DNA of 64,000 bases from Isurus oxyrinchus. Its lineage: Eukaryota. The notes under the pieces were generated by a model. The model was not told where the DNA came from and searched no databases. It was given only the letters and a program-made list of their open reading frames with translations. The position numbers were made by a program, and so were the translations under genes. The DNA lies in NCBI GenBank assembly GCA_026770705.1, contig JANJGN010000012.1:100006001-100070000 (forward strand), written 5' to 3'. Below, piece after piece: positions 60,759 through 64,000 of the stretch. Positions within the stretch are counted from its first letter, which is position 1, and the number at the start of each line of letters is the position of its first letter.

Positions 60759-63700
60759 ACGAAGACTACCATAGCCAGCCTCAACATCTACAGCAGCAGG
60801 GACGCACAATGCAGGTTCCAGAACTTCTTGGTCTTCAGGAATGGGAAGTAAGTGGTGTACTTCCTACAGGAAACCCATACTATTCCGAGAGATAAAGCTA
60901 TGTGACTCCTGGAGCTGTGAGGGGGTGGGGGGGTTCTACATGGTGGGGTGGCTATCTTGTTGGCCCCACATTTTCAGCCTGAGATCTTGGGGTCAAGGAG
61001 CCTGTGCCAGGCTGGTTGCTGCACCTTACTGTGCGCCTGGGGGCGCGGCACTTCACTTTGTGAATGTGTACACTCCCCTGGATGCACAGCAGCAAGCAAG
61101 CTTCTTTGAGGAAGTGTCCACTCCTCTGGGCTCCATCGACACAGGCGAGTGCATCGTCCTCAGGGAGGATTTCAACTGTACCCTCGAGGCCCAGGACTGT
61201 CATGGTGCCCAGCACCGCATGCTAGGTGTGAGTAAGTTGCAGGACCTGGTTGGGTCCTTCGACTTGGTGGACATCTGGCGACATCTCCATCCTGACACCA
61301 GCATTTTCACTTTCGTGTCACCTGGAGTTGGAGGGTCCAGACTCGACCGCCTTTATGTTTCTAAGGTTTTCGTGTCCTGCATTCCATCAGATTCTGTGCA
61401 GTGGGTGTCGTGCACGGACCACCGTCTGGTGTGGGCAGAGCTCGCTCCGTTCTGCGCTCAGACGGGGTCCGCGTACTGGCACTTTAACAACCTGCTCTGG
61501 AGGATGAGGGAATCCTGGACTCATTCCGTTGTTTCTGGGCCGGCTGGAGAAGGAAGCAGGGAGGCCTCCCCTCCTTGAGGTTACGGTGAGATGTGGGCAA
61601 GGCTCACATCTGTGTTTTCTGTCAGGAGTAAATGAGGGGGTCGACAAAGAGGTGGAAATCCAGGGTCAAGGAGTTGGAGAAGGAGGTGCTCAACCTAGAG
61701 GCATGTCTCTGTCAGCCTGATTCGAACCCAGCCCTGCGGTTGGTGTATGAAGAGAAAAAGGGCGTGCTGCGGGACCTGCAACTCGTCGGGTCCCGTGGTG
61801 CATATGTCAGGTCGCGGATCCGGTTCCTCCAGGACCTTGGCTGCGGCTCCCCTTTCTTCTACTCACTGGAAAAAAGGCACGGGGTCTGTCAGCAACTCCT
61901 TACACTGCTGGCTGACGATGGATCCCTTGTCTCAGATCCAGAGGGCATCAAGGGCATTGTCAAAACTTACTATACTACTATACTGCCCTGTTCTCTTTGG
62001 AGAGGATGCTTGCAGAGTTTTGTGGGAGAACCTGCTGCAGGTCGGCCCAGAGGGCCCCAGAAAGCTTGACTCCCCTATAAGTCTGGGAGAGCTGACCAGC
62101 CCCCTCAACAACCTCTCCAGGGGCAATTCCCCAGGGCTGGACGGGCTGACCGTGGAGTTCTTCAGGCCATTCTGGGATGTCCTGGGAAGTGACTACACGG
62201 GGGTCTTGGGGGAGAGTATTGCTACCAGGGAGTTGCCCCTCCTATGGCACAGGGCGGTCATTAGAGAACTTAAGAAATGGCGCCCGGTCTCCCTCCTCAG
62301 CACAAATTACAAGATCTTTGCCAGGGCAATATCTTCTTGCCTTGGCACTGTGCTGGACCACATGGTCCACCCTGACCAGTCCTACATGGTCCCGGACTGA
62401 ACCATCTTTGATAACATCCATCTGGTCCAGGACATCATCCACTTTTCCCAAAGGACTGGTCTCTTGACAAGGAGAAAGCATTTGACAGAGTGGATCTCGA
62501 ATATTTATTTGGGACTCAGAGCATTTGGGATCGGGACGCATTTCCTCACCCAGCTCCAACTTCTGCAATCTGCTGCAGTGTCTAGTTAAAATCCTGATGA
62601 TGCCCCTTCGCTTTGGGAGAGGAGTGTGCCAGGGCTGCCCCTGTCTGGCCAATTGTATTCTATCTGCGTGGAGCCTTTCCTGCGCCTCTTACAGAGTAGG
62701 TTGTCGGGATTCGTTCTGCGCGTGCCGGGTTCCTCATGTTCACTGGCTGGCCTGCAGAGGATGCGTGAGTGCCAGGTGGTTTACTCTGCCGCATCGTCTG
62801 CCAGGATCAACTGGGGTAAATGTTCTGGACTCCTGGTTGGTCAATGGCAGGTAGATCCCCTACCCGAGGAGCTCAGGCCTTTCACCTGGAGAAGGACCAA
62901 CCTGCTCTATCTGGGGGTCCACCTCTGCCCTGCTGAGGAATCCTGGCTGGTGAACTGGTAGGAGCTGGAGACCAAAGTCACCACTTGCCTGCGGCATTGG
63001 ACAGGACGGCTCCGAGTGCTGTCTTACTGGAGTCGAGCTCTCGTCATAATCCAGCTGATTGCCACCATGTTGTGGTGCTGGCTGGTCACTTTGACCCCTC
63101 CCCTGGATTTTGTCACAAAAACCCAGAGAATGCTCATGGACTTCTTCTGGGACAAAAGGCTGCATTGGGTCGCTGCTGAAGTTCTGAGTCTCCTGCTTAG
63201 GGAGGGTGGTCAGACGCTGGTGTGCCCATGCACCCAGGTGGTGACTTTCCACCTTCAGGCCCTGCAGCGATACCTTTACGTGAAGCCCCCTCCAAGATGG
63301 TGTGCCCTAGTGACGTATTTCTTCTGCCAGGTGCATGGCCTGAATTATGACATACAGGCTCCTGTTTGTAGACTGAGGGGCCTTCGTGGCTCCTTGCAGG
63401 CGTTGCCCACTTTTTACCAGGACCTGATCAAAGTCTGGAACATGGTCACCTCACGATGCAGCTCTCCCCCGTCAGGAGTAGCGGCTATCGTCAGAGAGTT
63501 GCGGCTCAGGAATCCGTCTCTCCACCCTTTTCAGTGGCTGGCGGAGAGGAGGGCTGTGGCTGCCGGGGTGACCAGGATCGGGGACATGCTGGGCGGTGGA
63601 GGAGTGGGCTGGATGCTCCCGCAGGAGTTGGTGCATCCGTGGACATCCGGCTTGCAGCCAATACTATTCATGACCTTAGGCCAGTCTTGCTTGGCCCTGA

Positions 63701-64000
63701 CATCATTCTGGGTCTCAAACTGGCACAGGTGCATGGAGGTCTTCCATCTGACCGTATCCCTGTTCGGATGGAATTCCACATTGATTCCAAGCCCCGAACG
63801 CTCCCTTGGGAGCCGATGCCCCGCAATCTGATTCACCTCACGAAAATCCCTCAGTGTCCTTTAGCACGGTGTGGAGGGGTTTCCTGTATGGGCTGCTGCT
63901 GCACACCCTTCACTTCCTTGCCCCCGCCCACCTCCCAGACATGTCGTGGTGTGCCTTGATGCCATCTGGCAGCAGAGATCCTCAGTGGGGGGCCCTGTAT
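60759..64000 (+). pseudogene. Tx1 ORF2 (APE endonuclease plus RT), disrupted, YADD motif deleted
   Basis: ORF-track pieces 60841-61578, 61632-62069, 61747-62400, 62626-62961 and 63016-63831. 'gccggg|ttcctcatgttcac' at ~62729 lacks the GVVLSGYADDV segment present in copy A. Confidence 0.85.

Larger units (their letters stand above)
57731..64000 (+). mobile_element. Tx1-clade non-LTR retrotransposon, copy B, near full-length, running off the window
   Basis: (ctg)-rich 5' UTR; ORF1 ~58734-60720; ORF2 from 60759 (ACG where copy A has ATG) with EN (FNC, SRLDRLYV, TDHRLV) and RT (SPGLDGLTVEFF, WRPVSLL, QGCPLSGQLY). Many stops and frameshifts. Confidence 0.9.

Noticed and set aside
1-64000. CRISPR arrays, rRNA/tRNA genes or prokaryotic operons
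   Set aside because: No regularly spaced repeats or structural RNA gene signatures seen; the sequence is eukaryotic, intron-containing and TE-rich.

Overview
Vertebrate genomic DNA; the repeat families (CR1-like and L2-like LINEs, Deu-type SINEs, Harbinger, Tx1, Penelope-like hairpins) suggest a shark or other cartilaginous fish, which is an inference. The only host gene I can support is the 3' end of a cadherin on the + strand, most like CDH26. It has three mutually homologous phase-0 micro-exons (6286-6375, 13027-13110, 15100-15189) and a terminal exon (22126-22308) encoding a catenin-binding tail; none of these appear in the ORF track. The rest is mostly decayed, often nested, mobile DNA. 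The strongest unexpected signal is that two long Tx1-clade non-LTR retrotransposons (33640-38657 on -, 57731-64000 on +) each sit in a copy of the same Harbinger family. Both appear to be at the same ~10-bp site (the stop codon of the Harbinger Myb/SANT gene) and in the same relative orientation, suggesting a target-specific retrotransposon that parasitises a DNA transposon, or a composite element. Also notable are the exon-duplicated cadherin tail and TSD-flanked hairpin elements with degenerate hammerhead-like cores. Exon coordinates are exact; most repeat boundaries are approximate. Family assignments come from motif recognition, not database searches.
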